A program made the translations under genes and the position numbers. Shown piece after piece: positions 26,766 through 29,369 of a DNA stretch of 29,369 bases (positions are counted from its first letter, which is position 1; each line of letters begins with the position of its first letter). Source of the DNA: Microcoleaceae cyanobacterium. Its GTDB lineage: Bacteria > Cyanobacteriota > Cyanobacteriia > Cyanobacteriales > Microcoleaceae. The stretch is from NCBI GenBank assembly GCA_051652765.1, contig JBOFUV010000079.1, forward strand, positions 1-29,369, in the 5' to 3' direction. A model generated the notes under the pieces. The model did not search any database. It was given only the letters and a program-made list of their open reading frames with translations, and was not told the origin of the DNA.

Positions 26766-29369
26766 TTACTCAATTTGCTCAATTGCTCCTAAGGCTTTCA
26801 AGGTTGCTTTCTGCGCCTCTGTTAAGCCCTTAACCCCAGTGATGTTCATGCCCTCATAGGGGCGATCGCTCCTCAACACTTTCAAGCATTGCCCCTGCCA
26901 CGCATCCCAGAGTCGAATCGTAGCATCGAAGCTGCTGCTGGCAAAACTATCTCCAGATGGGCTCCAAGCAACATCCCAAATGCGACCTTTATGCCCCAAG
27001 AACGTTTGACAGCATTGACCAGTCTCCAAATCCCAAAGCTTGAGGGTGCAATCATCACTGCCACTGACGAGCCATTTGCCATCTGGGCTCCAATCAATCG
27101 CCCAAACAATTCCTTGATGCCCCACTAGTTCTCGCTCAAAGATACCAGTTTCAATATCCCAGAGCCTCAGGGTTTGTTCCGTGCTGCTGGTTGCTAGCCA
27201 CTTGCCATCTGGACTCCAGGCGATCGCAACTCCCAACAGGCGCTCATCGTGCAGTGTTTTCAAACATTCTCCCGTCTGGACATCCCACAGCTTAATCCGT
27301 TGATCATCCCCCGCCGTTGCCAGAATTTTGCCGCCAGGATGCCACACAACCCACCAAATCCAGCTTTGATGACCTGAAAGTACCCGCAAACAGTCCCCTG
27401 TAGCAGCATCCCACACCCGTACTGTTAAATCATTGGTGCTGCTGCTACTGGCCAGGGTTTGTCCATCTGGATTCCAGGCCACCGACCAGACCCAACTCAC
27501 ATGGCTCTCTAACGTTCTCAAGCATTGTCCTGTATTGATATCCCACAATTTGATTGTCGTGTCTGTACTGCTACTGGCAATCCAGGGCTTCTGAGGATGC
27601 CAACTGACTGAAAATACCCACCCCTGATGACCTGTTAAAGTGATGTCACAGCATCCAGTTTCAACATCCCAAATTCTAATGGTGCGATCCGTACTACAAC
27701 TGGCGAGCTTGTTACCCTCGGGACTCCAGACCACGGATCTAATTGAGACAATATGCCCTTGCATGATGTGGCGACAGTGTCCTGTTTCTGCACTCCAGAA
27801 CCGTACGGTTTGATCATGACTACCCGTAACGAGGACTTTACTATCAGTAGTCCAGTGAAGAGCCCAAATGTGTTCTTGATGGCCCTGGAGAGTTCGTAAG
27901 CACTGGCCCGTAATTGGATTCCAGAGTTTGACAATCCGATTACCCCCGCTGGCCAATGTTTTCCCATCTGGACTCCATGCCAGAGAATTAATCCAGATAG
28001 ACTGCGACGACAGGGTTCTAATCAATTCGCCTGTCTGACCATCCCAAAGCCGAATGAACTGGTCTGAACTCCCGCTGGCAAGGATTTTTCCATCGGGGCT
28101 CCAGGCTACCCGACGAACCCGAGCCCCCGCAAGCGGTAATATTTTGAGGCATTGACCGCTCTGCGCCTTCCACAGCCGAATTGAGCAATCTTCACTGCCA
28201 CTGACGAGAACTTTTCCATCTGGACTCCAATCAACGCTCCAGACCAACCTTTGATGCCCCTCCAGGGTTGCAAGACATACTCCCGTTTCTAGATGCCAAA
28301 GCTTAATTGTCTGGTCACTGCTACTAGTAGCAATCATCTTGCCATCTGGACTCCAGGCAACATCCCAAATTGCCTTGTGATGGCCTTGAAATGTACGCAA
28401 ACAGTTTCCCGTTTGAGCGTCCCAGAGTTTGAGGGTAGCGTCATCGCTGCTACTGATCAGCCTGTATCCATCGGAATGCCAAGCAATGGAGGTAATACTG
28501 CTCAGGTGCCCACTTAAAGTCAGAGAGGGCTGCCCCAAGGTAGACCTTACTCCCTCGCTCTCTACCGTTTGCCAGAGCTGGATAGTGCCGCTAATATCTC
28601 CCAAAGCCAGAATTTTGTTGTCTGGGCTAAAAGCTGCTGCCAGGATACTGCCAAAGGTCTGGGTGAATAGACAATCTTTGAACAGGGTATGGGAGAGATC
28701 AAGATGGAGAATTTGTTTGCCCTGAAAATTGGCCTGACGAATCTCACAGTTAGAAAAGTCGTAACCGTTAAGGTTTATTTGCAGGTAAAGACACAGATTA
28801 ATTAAATTACCAGCGCTGTAACTAAAGAAAGGGGTTTGCAGATGACGAATTTCTTGTACTAGAAATTGGAGTTGCCGTTTAAGCAGCTTAGCCTCTGGAA
28901 AGGCAGTCTTCAACTGATGGCTCACGGACTCTAACGTTAGTCGAGTTTGGCTTTCCCGGATGTGGTCTTTAACGGTCGTTTTGATAATAGCGTGACGGTC
29001 AAATAATGAAAGCTTTCCAGTCATCAGTTCAGTGCTAATCTGCTCCACAAATCGATCAGTCATATACTCCATGACTACAGGTTGTTGTGTGTAGCGTCCT
29101 GACTGGGTTTCAATTAAACTTCGCCAACTGAGAGATTCTAAAGTTTCTAGTACTTGCTGGCGGGTAACAGTAGGCTGAATGTCTTCGAGCAGTTCTGAGA
29201 TTGATGTCCATTCCCGATTAATGGCCAGCCAATACATGACCGTTTTCTCTAGCTCAGATAGCCGTTCAAACTGTTGATTTAGCAAGCGTTGAAGGCCATT
29301 GAAGACCAATGTGTCCTCTGCTAAAAATAACGAAATTTTCCCGTCAAATAGACTTTGAATTGAAGTCGC
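26766..29369 (-). CDS. NB-ARC/STAND NTPase with WD40 repeats, 5'-truncated by the window edge
   Basis: The frame stays open to base 29369 (ATSIQSLFDGKISLFL...LLNQQFERLS, typical post-NB-ARC helices). It then has a pentapeptide-like stretch, about 14 GH...WD repeats and the RPYEGMNITG...LKALGA tail. Confidence 0.88.
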   Translation of the reverse strand, partial: ATSIQSLFDGKISLFLAEDTLVFNGLQRLLNQQFERLSELEKTVMYWLAINREWTSISELLEDIQPTVTRQQVLETLESLSWRSLIETQSGRYTQQPVVMEYMTDRFVEQISTELMTGKLSLFDRHAIIKTTVKDHIRESQTRLTLESVSHQLKTAFPEAKLLKRQLQFLVQEIRHLQTPFFSYSAGNLINLCLYLQINLNGYDFSNCEIRQANFQGKQILHLDLSHTLFKDCLFTQTFGSILAAAFSPDNKILALGDISGTIQLWQTVESEGVRSTLGQPSLTLSGHLSSITSIAWHSDGYRLISSSDDATLKLWDAQTGNCLRTFQGHHKAIWDVAWSPDGKMIATSSSDQTIKLWHLETGVCLATLEGHQRLVWSVDWSPDGKVLVSGSEDCSIRLWKAQSGQCLKILPLAGARVRRVAWSPDGKILASGSSDQFIRLWDGQTGELIRTLSSQSIWINSLAWSPDGKTLASGGNRIVKLWNPITGQCLRTLQGHQEHIWALHWTTDSKVLVTGSHDQTVRFWSAETGHCRHIMQGHIVSIRSVVWSPEGNKLASCSTDRTIRIWDVETGCCDITLTGHQGWVFSVSWHPQKPWIASSSTDTTIKLWDINTGQCLRTLESHVSWVWSVAWNPDGQTLASSSSTNDLTVRVWDAATGDCLRVLSGHQSWIWWVVWHPGGKILATAGDDQRIKLWDVQTGECLKTLHDERLLGVAIAWSPDGKWLATSSTEQTLRLWDIETGIFERELVGHQGIVWAIDWSPDGKWLVSGSDDCTLKLWDLETGQCCQTFLGHKGRIWDVAWSPSGDSFASSSFDATIRLWDAWQGQCLKVLRSDRPYEGMNITGVKGLTEAQKATLKALGAIEQIE

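Larger units (their letters stand above)
2237..27227. repeat. HIP1 octamer GCGATCGC, dispersed (about 19 copies)
   Basis: Seen at 2237, 7269, 10266, 11870, 12620, 12746, 16239, 16877, 18084, 18770, 19899, 20935, 21737, 23151, 24593, 25096, 26051, 26862 and 27220 (manual scan). Confidence 0.9.

Noticed and set aside
26900..28650. Regularly spaced DNA repeats that could be taken for a CRISPR array
   Set aside because: They lie in frame within the WD40 ORF at about 126-bp period and are degenerate; no cas genes are present.
16571..28747. Remaining short nested ORFs in the ABC, GT4, GT39, COG0523, cobA and WD40 genes
   Set aside because: Alternative-frame artefacts with no independent evidence.

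Overview
Bacterial chromosomal window, almost certainly cyanobacterial: about 19 HIP1 octamers (GCGATCGC) by manual count, plus typical cyanobacterial gene families. About 23 CDS. From left to right: (1) an AT-rich block with a small helical protein, a GMC flavin oxidoreductase and two extended SDRs, divergent from a GT-C-like membrane protein; (2) an orphan response regulator; (3) a DUF4203-like protein, a YugP-like zinc peptidase and hisC in one operon; (4) a SAM methyltransferase; (5) an MscS channel fused to a DEP domain; (6) a glycan locus with an ABC exporter and three GT8-like paralogs, divergent from a GT4 and a GT39/PMT-like gene; (7) a membrane-anchored HTH-like protein, a lipoprotein, a CYTH protein, a COG0523 metallochaperone and a cobA-hemD fusion; (8) the 3' part of an NB-ARC/WD40 STAND protein running off the right edge. 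Intergenic DNA holds a MITE-like element, two copies of a REP-like palindrome and many 11-15 bp micro-duplications. The most striking observation is a degenerate histidine-kinase DHp domain (His replaced by Tyr) at the C-terminus of the glycan ABC exporter. No rRNA, tRNA, CRISPR array or transposase was seen. All family calls come from motif recognition, not database searches.
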